Virus record (IMG/VR): IMGVR_UViG_3300028801_000004
Length of the DNA stretch: 52,643 bases
Strand: one strand, 5' to 3'
From: a virus
Shown here: positions 1-7,140 of the stretch, one piece after another
How positions within the stretch are numbered: position 1 is the first letter of the stretch
How the letters are laid out: each line of letters begins with the position of its first letter
Made by a program: the position numbers and the translations under genes
The notes under the pieces: generated by a model
Told to the model about the DNA's origin: nothing
What the model saw: the letters and a program-made list of their open reading frames with translations, nothing else
Database searches by the model: none

Positions 1-127
1 GGGACTTGGCCCCGAATGCCTTACCGATCGCTGTGAAAGCTCGATCGAATCCGGCCTGCGGGTCGAACCCTTGCGGAGCGTCTGACGAACCTGTGCGCCT
101 GGTTGCCATGATGTCAGTGCTTACTTC
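1..127. repeat. Left copy of a 127-nt terminal overlap identical to 52517-52643; genome circularly closed or terminally redundant
   Basis: Base-by-base comparison shows nt 1-127 = nt 52517-52643. The copy also duplicates the first 109 nt of the minus-strand ORF that starts at 52625. Confidence 0.95.
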
Positions 128-321
128 AACGCGCCGGGGGTGCTACGGCCCTGGGTCTTGCAATCCATTGCCGACGAGGTTTCGATATCGATTTTCGATT
201 TGGTCGGGCGCGAGCCGGAGCCGACTGCCGTGTTCTGAGGTGCGGAGGTGCCGCGGTCCATATTGCCCATCATGCCTTTATTGGCACCCGAAATGATTCC
301 GCCGCCGCTCGACTTAGCCAT
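121..321 (-). CDS. Small Gly/Ser-rich hypothetical protein; first gene of the leftward late operon
   Basis: 66-aa ORF. ATG at 321 is preceded by AGGAG at about 8 nt. Co-oriented with the terminase operon across the junction. Confidence 0.5.
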   Translation of the reverse strand: MAKSSGGGIISGANKGMMGNMDRGTSAPQNTAVGSGSRPTKSKIDIETSSAMDCKTQGRSTPGALK

Positions 322-820
322 GATCTTTGCTCCTGAATTGGGAAAAAGGGGCGCTTGACTGTGCGCTGTACAGCATTCTATTCGATTTGTAAATGTTCGT
401 GCGAATTTTTCTGAGGCTAGCTGAGGCCGAGATCTTGGCTTCCTCGCGCCATTACTGAGCGCCGGGCTCTCGGGGCTCTGCTCTAAAACTATCCAGTTTT
501 GCAGACCTTTTCAAAATTTGGGTTTTTGGTAAAATTTTCCCTAGCAAATTTTTTTCGCGGTTCAAAAGCGGTTTTGTTCCTACAGCCCAGAGCCAAGTGC
601 CTACCCCTTGCCTACCAGGCCACACGCCACCATCCACCTCGCCTTGAACTACTAAGGACTCAAGAGCATCGAGCCAAGACCTGAGACCCAAGCGCTAAGA
701 GTATATACGGTATTACTGTTTACAGAGAGTCCGGGGTGTAGTACCCAGCGCTCGGTTGCGGCTAGCCGGCTTAGCGCCAGCCATCCCTCAACCAAGCCAC
801 CAAGCCAGTGCACCCCTCAG

Positions 821-834
821 TGTTAGCGCTAACA
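821..834. promoter_or_regulatory. 14-bp perfect palindrome TGTTAGCGCTAACA (AGCGCT core); candidate operator
   Basis: Read directly. Shares the AGCGCT centre with the three larger palindromes downstream. Lies in the divergent intergenic region. Confidence 0.45.
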
Positions 835-855
835 ACTCAGCACCAAGCCTCGATC

Positions 856-873
856 ACTTTCAGCGCTGAAAGT
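856..873. promoter_or_regulatory. 18-bp perfect palindrome ACTTTCAGCGCTGAAAGT, copy 1; candidate operator for a dimeric DNA-binding protein
   Basis: Perfect dyad. The identical 18-mer recurs at 911-928 and 985-1002. Confidence 0.7.
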
Positions 874-909
874 CCAAGCGCTCGGCTCCAGGCTCGATGC
901 TCCTGCATC

Positions 910-929
910 TACTTTCAGCGCTGAAAGTA
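910..929. promoter_or_regulatory. 20-bp perfect palindrome TACTTTCAGCGCTGAAAGTA, copy 2
   Basis: Perfect dyad. Centre lies 55 bp from copy 1. Confidence 0.7.
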
Positions 930-983
930 CTCAGACATCTATCGACTTAGGTCTTGGGTCTCTGCAGCGTGGCGGCGCGTTCT

Positions 984-1003
984 TACTTTCAGCGCTGAAA
1001 GTA
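984..1003. promoter_or_regulatory. 20-bp perfect palindrome TACTTTCAGCGCTGAAAGTA, copy 3
   Basis: Perfect dyad. Centre lies 74 bp from copy 2. Confidence 0.7.
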
Positions 1004-1429
1004 GGGTTTTAAGTGAGTGCTTACATACTTATAGCTTGGCACTGGGCGCTTAGAGCACAGTTCTTCGTACCCCAGCACGGAAAAGAGCACAGTTTGCGTA
1101 TAGCCACGTGGCGGGCTTGGTGCTTAGTGGTGCATATCTACATACAGGTGAGGTGGCTCGAAGGTCCTAGGGCTTGGTTTTGGTAGGTTAATGCGGGGAT
1201 TCTTGGGCCTGGGGCTTTGGTCTAGGGGTTCGCTGGGTATTACGTGTGATGTTATAACGTTGCATTATGCAAATAACGCATAACACCTAATCGTCAAGTT
1301 ACCGACAAAACGTCGACAATTTATCAACGTGCAAAATACTCGAAATAAAACTAGTTAGTTTTGGGAATATGGCCTATAGTTCTCTACATGGGCACAAACA
1401 AAGGCCCACAACCACTGAGGACTAAGACC

Positions 1430-1708
1430 ATGCAAGCAATAACCACGAAATATATTGGCCCATCGAACACCAAAGGTTCGCGCATCAAGGCCACGTGCGA
1501 CGCGGGCTCGATCACGATTCCCTACCCGCACGAACTGAGTGGCGAGGAAGCCCATGCGCAAGCAGCGATGGCACTGTGCCGCAAGCTGCAGTGGACCGCC
1601 GCTGAAGGTTACAAAGCCGATTGGGTTTGCGGGCGCAGCTCTATCAGTGGTTACACCTTCGTATACGTCATCGAAAGTGCGCGATACAACCCGACGAAAC
1701 AAGTATGA
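1430..1708 (+). CDS. Hypothetical early protein (92 aa, MQAITTKYIGPSNTKGSRIKA...)
   Basis: ATG 1430 lies 8 nt after GAGGA (1417-1421). The ORF-track start at 1361 has no SD. First gene of the rightward arm. Confidence 0.6.
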   Translation: MQAITTKYIGPSNTKGSRIKATCDAGSITIPYPHELSGEEAHAQAAMALCRKLQWTAAEGYKADWVCGRSSISGYTFVYVIESARYNPTKQV

Positions 1709-1785
1709 AGCCCCTACTCCAAGCAATCGCAATCGGCGCCCTGTTGGGCATATTTCTAGCCTGCTGCTGGATGGCAGTGGCTTAA
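1705..1785 (+). CDS. 26-aa hydrophobic micro-protein (MKPLLQAIAIGALLGIFLACCWMAVA), one predicted TM helix
   Basis: Below the ORF-track size cutoff. ATGA start/stop overlap with the upstream gene. Its stop sits inside the AAGGAG SD of the next gene. Confidence 0.3.
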   Translation: MKPLLQAIAIGALLGIFLACCWMAVA

Positions 1786-1797
1786 GGAGAATCTGAG

Positions 1798-2082
1798 ATG
1801 AAAACGATCACCATACAAGGGTACGTTCGTGAATGCACTTGCAATCACTGCGGCAGACAACTAAAGCTCGGAGTATCGACGCCAGAGCGGGGCGTGGTCG
1901 GAGCGGATTGTTTCGTCAAATTAATCGCGCGCAATACCAAGCGTTATCGCACTGGAAAACCTAGTGCCGACTGGGTAAAGCAGCTCTCGATCATTGCCTC
2001 AAAGGGACCTGAGTACGCTGATAGGGTGCACGGCTTGTATGGCGCTTGGGCCACGTTTGATTTGGCGGGTGCAAAACCGTGA
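1798..2082 (+). CDS. Hypothetical protein with CxCxxC motif (94 aa)
   Basis: ATG is preceded by AAGGAG at 8 nt. Same strand, tightly packed. Confidence 0.6.
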   Translation: MKTITIQGYVRECTCNHCGRQLKLGVSTPERGVVGADCFVKLIARNTKRYRTGKPSADWVKQLSIIASKGPEYADRVHGLYGAWATFDLAGAKP

Positions 2083-2192
2083 GCCCCCTTGCCCACCACC
2101 TGCTAGAGCTGATCAGATTGCGCGCCGAGACACACGGTGCACTGATCGAGCACTTGGCGCAGGAAATCGTTTCCCACATCTTTTTGAGCTGA
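2079..2192 (+). CDS. Possible 37-aa helical micro-protein (GTG start)
   Basis: GTGA overlap with the upstream stop. Ends 8 nt before the ATG of the clamp-like gene. No other support. Confidence 0.25.
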   Translation: MSPLAHHLLELIRLRAETHGALIEHLAQEIVSHIFLS

Positions 2193-2200
2193 GGCATAAA

Positions 2201-2776
2201 ATGATCACCTTTAAGAAATCACAACTCCGCGCAGCACTCTCACACGCGCCCGTCAAAGATGTACGCCACTACTTGAACGGCGTACTGCTTGAATTCACCG
2301 CGACAGGCGACGTGCATATCGTAGCCACTGACGGGCATCGCATGTTTTGCGGGCTGATTCATGCAGCAAATGTGCAGTGGACCGACGTCCCGCAAAAAGG
2401 GCCGTTCTCTTTTATCGTACCCTCTGAGACCGTGAAAACAGCGTGCAAAGGTAAGGGAGATGTCATTTTAGCGCCGTCAGACGGTCGCTACATCTTGGGT
2501 GATTTCCTCTTTACCCCAATCGACGGCCAGTTCCCCAACTGGCGCCAAGTAATCCCAGACACAACCCAAGCGAAGACCCAGGAGCAATATAAATGGGACC
2601 AGGTATCGGACGCGAACGATGCATTGCGAGAATGGTACGGCGTAAAACACTCATTCCCATTCCACACGTACGGCAACGGCCTCATGCATGGCGACGACTG
2701 CACCGCGTTTTGTATAGTAATGCCTTGTCGTATGCAAGACCCCGTGGCCCCCTTCAAGCCTTGCACCTACGAATGA
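2201..2776 (+). CDS. DnaN (beta sliding clamp)-like protein lacking domain I (191 aa)
   Basis: VRHYLNGVLLEF..VATDGHRM matches the DnaN domain-II signature (RYYLNG..ATDGHRL). FPNWRQVIP matches the domain II/III junction (FPDYRRVLP). C-terminal CIVMPCRM matches YVVMPMRL. GAGG lies upstream of ATG 2201. Confidence 0.75.
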   Translation: MITFKKSQLRAALSHAPVKDVRHYLNGVLLEFTATGDVHIVATDGHRMFCGLIHAANVQWTDVPQKGPFSFIVPSETVKTACKGKGDVILAPSDGRYILGDFLFTPIDGQFPNWRQVIPDTTQAKTQEQYKWDQVSDANDALREWYGVKHSFPFHTYGNGLMHGDDCTAFCIVMPCRMQDPVAPFKPCTYE

Positions 2777-3012
2777 CCCGAGCCGAATGGTTCCTCGCGC
2801 GTGGACGGGGCAAATGGGTGAAAGCACGCAAGGGTTTCCTCTGTGAATTCCGCGGGCGCTTCGGGCCGTGTCTCCACCAAGTCCTACCGGGGGAGGCATT
2901 TCTCAAGACCGACCTGGCCAAGTACCCGAGCGCCCCGCCTCTCACACATGAATGGCACATGGTGTTGCGCTACTGCCAACACTGCGCGAATCAAGAGCTG
3001 TCGAAAGAGTAA
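2773..3012 (+). CDS. Cys/His-rich small protein (79 aa), possible zinc-binding
   Basis: ATGA overlap with the clamp-like gene stop. Contains C..C.H and H..H..C..C patterns. Confidence 0.45.
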   Translation: MTRAEWFLARGRGKWVKARKGFLCEFRGRFGPCLHQVLPGEAFLKTDLAKYPSAPPLTHEWHMVLRYCQHCANQELSKE

Positions 3013-3060
3013 AAATTCAACCACCATTCCTTCGGGCCGCCCACTGATGAAAACGGAGTC

Positions 3061-3178
3061 TGTCTTTTGTCTCGTGTCTTTCAACCTTTTTTTGTATTAC
3101 CCAATAATACCCTTACTTTATATAGTGTTATTTCTTCTCCTTTAATTTTAAGATAAAAGACAAAAGACAAAAAGACAG
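3061..3178. other. Putative replication origin: inverted clusters of TGTCTTT/AAAGACA heptamers flanking an AT-rich core
   Basis: 3061-3082 reads tgtcttttgtctcgtgtctttc. 3155-3178 reads aaaagacaaaagacaaaaagacag (its reverse-complement motif). They flank a very AT-rich spacer of about 70 bp. The site lies in a 760-bp non-coding gap upstream of the primase/helicase. Confidence 0.45.
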
Positions 3179-3471
3179 ATATTTAAGGATTGCCGTAAAT
3201 AAAGGATCCCAGACCTGTCCCCACTTTTGAGTGTCTTGCAATGGGGCTGCCGAGCGCTCCGAAATCATGAAAAACAGCCAAAAACAGGTCAAAACGGCCC
3301 CATCAGCGTCCCAAAACCACCCCAAAAAGTGATAGTTTTTCCACCAATATTTGATGCGTGCGCACCAAAGAATAGAAGTTTTGCTGGCCCTTATTGTTTT
3401 TGCGTCTTATATCTGCGCAAACTCGCGCCAAAACCTGGTCGCTAAACACTGTTCAGCCTCCCCACCAGCGC

Positions 3472-3499
3472 TTGCATTTCAAGCTCCCTGTGGTATCTT
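3472..3499 (+). promoter_or_regulatory. Candidate sigma70-type promoter (TTGCAT, 16-nt spacer, TGgTATCTT extended -10)
   Basis: Hexamers read directly. Located inside the non-coding gap, about 180 nt upstream of the long hairpin. Confidence 0.25.
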
Positions 3500-3682
3500 C
3501 TCAGACGTCGGCGCGTCGTTCTTGGGTAGCTTGGGTACGTCTCACTTTAGCGGGGTCATTTAGTTGGCTTCCGTTCAAAGCCCCAATCTACACACACGTC
3601 AAAATCGTCCTCAGCAGCCGCCACGCGCCGACACTATCATTCAACTCGCACCGCTTGGCGGCGGCCAGGGTCGATTGAAACA

Positions 3683-3761
3683 AGCTAGGCAACCTCAGTG
3701 CACGGGGCTTATTCCGTGTCCGCCAACACTCCCCGAGTGACTGAGGTTGCCTAGCTTTTTT
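3683..3761 (+). terminator. Long perfect hairpin (16-bp stem, 42-nt structured loop) followed by a T-run; terminator/attenuator or structured leader
   Basis: agctaggcaacctcag (3683-3698) pairs perfectly with ctgaggttgcctagct (3741-3756), followed by TTTTT. There is an inner cacgg/ccgtg stem. The element ends 11 nt before the primase ATG. Confidence 0.45.
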
Positions 3762-3772
3762 CTCGGCTCAAG

Positions 3773-5923
3773 ATGCCCGCGAATCCCCTACACGAAATAT
3801 TCCGCGCTAAACTTGCATCGAGCGGGCTCACCGTCGCAGAGTCCAAAGAGCTAGGCTTCCAAGCGCTCGATGCCAAAGCCACCAAGGCACTCAGTAAAAA
3901 CTTCGAGGCGCGCGCCGCTTTCGTCATCCCTTATTACGACCCCGTCACGGGCCAAGCGCTCGGCGCCCCGCCGTTCTACCGCATCCGCTATCTAGTAGAG
4001 CCCCCCGCAGGCGCATTCGGTGAGCGCCCCACTAAGGTGATTCGCTACACCAACGAGCGCGGCCAGCGCCCCTACGCGTACTTCCCGATGTTGGGGTCCG
4101 TAACGTGGCCCCAAGTGCTCAGTGACATCGAAGCCCCGCTCTTGATTACCGAGGGTGAGCTGAAAGCGGCGTGTGCCTGCAAGAATGGATTCCCCACAAT
4201 CGGCTTAGGCGGCGTCGACAGTTTCAGCTCCAAGCGCTTCAACCTGGAGCTGCTCCCCGAACTGGAACAAATAGCTTGGGCCGGGCGCCGGGTCTACCTG
4301 GTGTATGACAGCGATGCGGCCCACAAACCGGAAGTCAGAGCCGCGCTGATGCGCTTAGGGGGTACGCTGGGCAAGCGCGGTGCCTTGACCTTTGAGGTGC
4401 AGTTACCTGACGTGCTGGCGGACGGCAAGACGGGCCTGGATGACTATCTTGTGGCACGCGGCGCCGGGGCTTTGGAAGAGTTGCTTGAAGCCAGCCACGA
4501 TGAGGGCCGAGAGCCGCTCGTGAATCTTGAGCCGCTATGGGCCTTGAACGATCAGTATCTGCATGTGCATGAGCTGGACCGATTTATGGACACCGACACG
4601 CACGCGCTGCACCGTTATGACGGCCTCGCCCGTATCACACAACAAGTCTTCTGTTTGGCCCCCACGGGCAAGGTATTGAAGTCAGGCGCCTCGGAGTTGA
4701 AGCGCGGCCCTGTGTTGAAAGCGTGGCTCGATTGGCCACTACATAATCAGGCGACGCGGTTGATCTACGCCCCGGGTGTCGACGCCGAAGCGGGGTGCCG
4801 GGAGCTCAGTGCCACGGTCTCGGCTGATGGGCCATTGAACCCCGTGGTGAGCGCGCGGCGCGTTTTCAACGTATGGCCGGGTTGGGGCACTGAGCCCGCA
4901 GCCGGCGACGTTGACCCGTTCTTGAAACTGGTCGACCATTTGTTCACGGGCGCGCCGCAGGCCGCCAAGACTTGGTTCCTGCAGTGGCTCGCGTATCCGC
5001 TGCAGAACCCGGGGGTCAAGATGTTCACGGCCGCCGTCATTCATGGCCGGGCGCAAGGTACCGGGAAATCGCTGATCGGGTACACGATGGGGAAGATCTA
5101 CGGGCGCAACTATACCGAGGTCGGCAACAAGGAGTTGCACAGCGCGTTCAACGGGTGGGCCGCGCGTAAGCAGTTCGTCATGGGCGATGAGATCACGGGG
5201 TCCGACAAACGGGAGCTGGTGGAGGAGATCAAGCGGATGATCACACAACCCACGGTGCGCGTGAACGAGAAGTTGGAAAAGCCCTACGATCTGCGCGATT
5301 GTATCAACTACCTGTTCACTTCGAACCGACCTAACGCGTTCTCGCTCGAAGATCACGATCGGCGTATGTTTATCCAGGAGGTGTTAGTAGCCCCGCTGCC
5401 GGAATCGTTCTACCGTGTCGAGTATGGGGGCTGGCTGAATAATGGCGGCCCCGCGGCGCTGTTTGACTACCTGCTTCAGCTCGATGTGTCGGCATTCAAC
5501 CCGATGGCCCCCGCGATCGTGACCGAGGCCAAGCTCAAGATGATCGAATCTTCGCGTTCAGATGTCGATAGCTGGGTGCGCCAGTTGGCGGATGACCCCG
5601 AAGCCGCGCTTAGATCATCGTCGGCCGCGGTGGCCACGCTGTTTGATAAGCGCGACTTGGCCACACCCGCTGAGATGCTGATGCTGTATGACCCCGAGGG
5701 TAGGACCCGGCTCAAGGCCCGGGGGCTGGGTATCGCGCTCGATGGGGTATTACCTAAGATCAACGGCGGCAACCAGATCCGCGGGCCGGCCGGCAAGCAG
5801 TATTACTACGCGATTCGCAACACCGAACACTGGGGGGCCGCGGGCCTGGACGAGATCAAGGCGCATTTGAACGGCGAGGCGCTGCCCGCGCGCAAGGTGA
5901 CACCGATCAAAGCGAAGTATTGA
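3773..5923 (+). CDS. Bifunctional Toprim primase / P4-D5-type (SF3) replicative helicase
   Basis: Toprim-like LLITEGELKA...VYLVYDSD in the N-terminal third. Walker A GRAQGTGKS and Walker B FVMGDE in the C-terminal half. 716 aa. Confidence 0.9.
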   Translation: MPANPLHEIFRAKLASSGLTVAESKELGFQALDAKATKALSKNFEARAAFVIPYYDPVTGQALGAPPFYRIRYLVEPPAGAFGERPTKVIRYTNERGQRPYAYFPMLGSVTWPQVLSDIEAPLLITEGELKAACACKNGFPTIGLGGVDSFSSKRFNLELLPELEQIAWAGRRVYLVYDSDAAHKPEVRAALMRLGGTLGKRGALTFEVQLPDVLADGKTGLDDYLVARGAGALEELLEASHDEGREPLVNLEPLWALNDQYLHVHELDRFMDTDTHALHRYDGLARITQQVFCLAPTGKVLKSGASELKRGPVLKAWLDWPLHNQATRLIYAPGVDAEAGCRELSATVSADGPLNPVVSARRVFNVWPGWGTEPAAGDVDPFLKLVDHLFTGAPQAAKTWFLQWLAYPLQNPGVKMFTAAVIHGRAQGTGKSLIGYTMGKIYGRNYTEVGNKELHSAFNGWAARKQFVMGDEITGSDKRELVEEIKRMITQPTVRVNEKLEKPYDLRDCINYLFTSNRPNAFSLEDHDRRMFIQEVLVAPLPESFYRVEYGGWLNNGGPAALFDYLLQLDVSAFNPMAPAIVTEAKLKMIESSRSDVDSWVRQLADDPEAALRSSSAAVATLFDKRDLATPAEMLMLYDPEGRTRLKARGLGIALDGVLPKINGGNQIRGPAGKQYYYAIRNTEHWGAAGLDEIKAHLNGEALPARKVTPIKAKY

Positions 5924-5933
5924 AAACTAATTA

Positions 5934-5962
5934 TTTACAAAACGGATTTTCTATCCTATATT
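5934..5962 (+). promoter_or_regulatory. Candidate sigma70 promoter TTTACA-17 nt-TATATT
   Basis: -35 at 5934-5939, exact 17-nt spacer, -10 at 5957-5962. Lies in the AT-rich gap after the primase gene and about 50 nt upstream of ATG 6015. Confidence 0.5.
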
Positions 5963-6014
5963 GGAGTCAGGCGCAAAGCCGACTCGTTCTAACATACCGC
6001 TGAGGACCGACAAC

Positions 6015-6875
6015 ATGGAAACAACACTGATTTCGTACCACAATGACCCGATCGTAAAGGCTAAGTACGTGGCGCGTTTTGCTGCGCACCGGGCGGCCGA
6101 CGAAGTGATTCAGGGCACAGGATTTGACGACGAGACGCAGCACGGTTGTTTTGTGGGCTGCACGCTCAACGATTACAACCACAAAGCGTTTGAGACCGAG
6201 CTGGGCTGGCCTGAGTGGTTGGCACGGTTGGCGGACGCCATATTCGAAGGGCTCGATGCCAAGGGCGCCGCGCAGTTCGGCTCTGACTTGCTCGAAGCCG
6301 TGCCCGTGGGCGTGGATCTTGACCCCGTGCGCTGGCAATTGGCCATTGGTCGGCACAGCCGGCAGATTGAAGAGCTGAAGAATAACCCATGGCCCTACGC
6401 ACGCCAGTGTGAAACTGCGATCAGGCAAGTAGTCGATTTCTGCCGTAGTAGCCTGAGAGGTGAGTTTTCAGACTCGGCGGCGCGCTCGGCGGCGTACTCG
6501 GCGGCGGACTCGGCGGCGTACTCGGCGGCGGACTCGGCGGCGGACTCGGCGCGCTCGGCGGCGGACTCGGCGGCGGACTCGGCGCGCTCGGCGGCGGACT
6601 CGGCGGCGGACTCGGCGTACTCGGCGCGCTCGGCGGCGCGCTCGGCGGCGGACTCGGCGCGCTCGGCGGCGGACTCGGCGGCGGACTCGGCGCGCTCGGC
6701 GGCGGACTCGGCGGCGCGTAAAACCTACTGGCAACTTGAGCGCGACGAGCTTCTGCGCTTGGTGGCTCTGCGTGGGAACCCCAGTTACAGCCAAACCGTA
6801 TTCAAGGATAACGGCGACCCGATCCTGTTGAACGCAGACGGCACTCGTAGTGTGTTCTGTGATGTGGACGAATGA
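6015..6875 (+). CDS. Hypothetical protein with a C-terminal-half array of S-A-A-(D/R/Y) tetrapeptide repeats
   Basis: ATG 6015 lies 8 nt after GAGGA (6002-6006). The globular N-terminal ~150 aa are followed by SDSAARSAAYSAADSAAYSAADSAADSAR... (about 80 aa). Confidence 0.75.
   Translation: METTLISYHNDPIVKAKYVARFAAHRAADEVIQGTGFDDETQHGCFVGCTLNDYNHKAFETELGWPEWLARLADAIFEGLDAKGAAQFGSDLLEAVPVGVDLDPVRWQLAIGRHSRQIEELKNNPWPYARQCETAIRQVVDFCRSSLRGEFSDSAARSAAYSAADSAAYSAADSAADSARSAADSAADSARSAADSAADSAYSARSAARSAADSARSAADSAADSARSAADSAARKTYWQLERDELLRLVALRGNPSYSQTVFKDNGDPILLNADGTRSVFCDVDE
6471..6716 (+). repeat. Coding tandem repeat with 12-nt unit GACTCGGCGGCG (DSAA), 9-nt SAR variants and a 33-nt higher-order unit
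   Basis: Read directly. About 20 units, very GC-rich, in frame within the 6015-6875 CDS. Confidence 0.9.
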
Positions 6876-6879
6876 CGCC

Positions 6880-7140
6880 ATGAGCCAAGACACTAAAACC
6901 GATATTCGCCCGCTGCTGTGGCAAGACCTCGCGGAGGTTACGAAAAATCGCGTCATGGATGCGCTGCGCGAGCGGCTTGCAAAGCAAGGGACGATCCCGA
7001 GCGTTGGGCTACTCGACTTGCTCGGCGCGCTGGGGTTTGAGCACTTGGCGGACATTGAGCATTACGGGCTAAAGGGTGAGTACGGTGATGAAAAGCAGGT
7101 GTGGGGCCGCCGATTCGACGCAGAGATATACCATGTTTAA
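6880..7140 (+). CDS. Hypothetical protein (86 aa)
   Basis: First ATG after the upstream stop. An alternative ATG at 6862 overlaps the upstream gene. Confidence 0.5.
   Translation: MSQDTKTDIRPLLWQDLAEVTKNRVMDALRERLAKQGTIPSVGLLDLLGALGFEHLADIEHYGLKGEYGDEKQVWGRRFDAEIYHV

Noticed and set aside
452-691. 79-aa (minus strand) and 61-aa (plus strand) ORFs in the divergent control region
   Set aside because: They overlap each other, have no SD and sit in repeat- and AT-rich intergenic sequence.
3128-3678. Small ORFs in the 760-bp gap (3128-3325 minus strand; 3227-3445, 3351-3563 and 3394-3678 plus strand)
   Set aside because: They have no SDs, overlap one another and have a non-protein-like composition. 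The region has iteron/AT-rich architecture and is better explained as origin or regulatory DNA.
3683-3756. The 74-nt element as a tRNA gene
   Set aside because: A 16-bp perfect closing stem and the absence of a T-loop (GTTCGAATC-like) or a cloverleaf are incompatible with a tRNA. I also saw no tRNA-like sequence in the other intergenic regions.
6471-6716. Possible CRISPR array or non-coding satellite
   Set aside because: The units are 9-12 nt with no unique spacers. The array is in frame and contiguous with a well-supported CDS.
6460-7055. Arg-rich ORFs (RRRTRRR... on the + strand, alternate frame, 6460-6831; RRRVRRR... on the - strand, 6468-7055)
   Set aside because: They are frame and antisense shadows of the GC-rich SAAD tandem repeat. 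They have no SD and a nonsensical poly-Arg composition. The in-frame reading within the 6015-6875 CDS explains the region.
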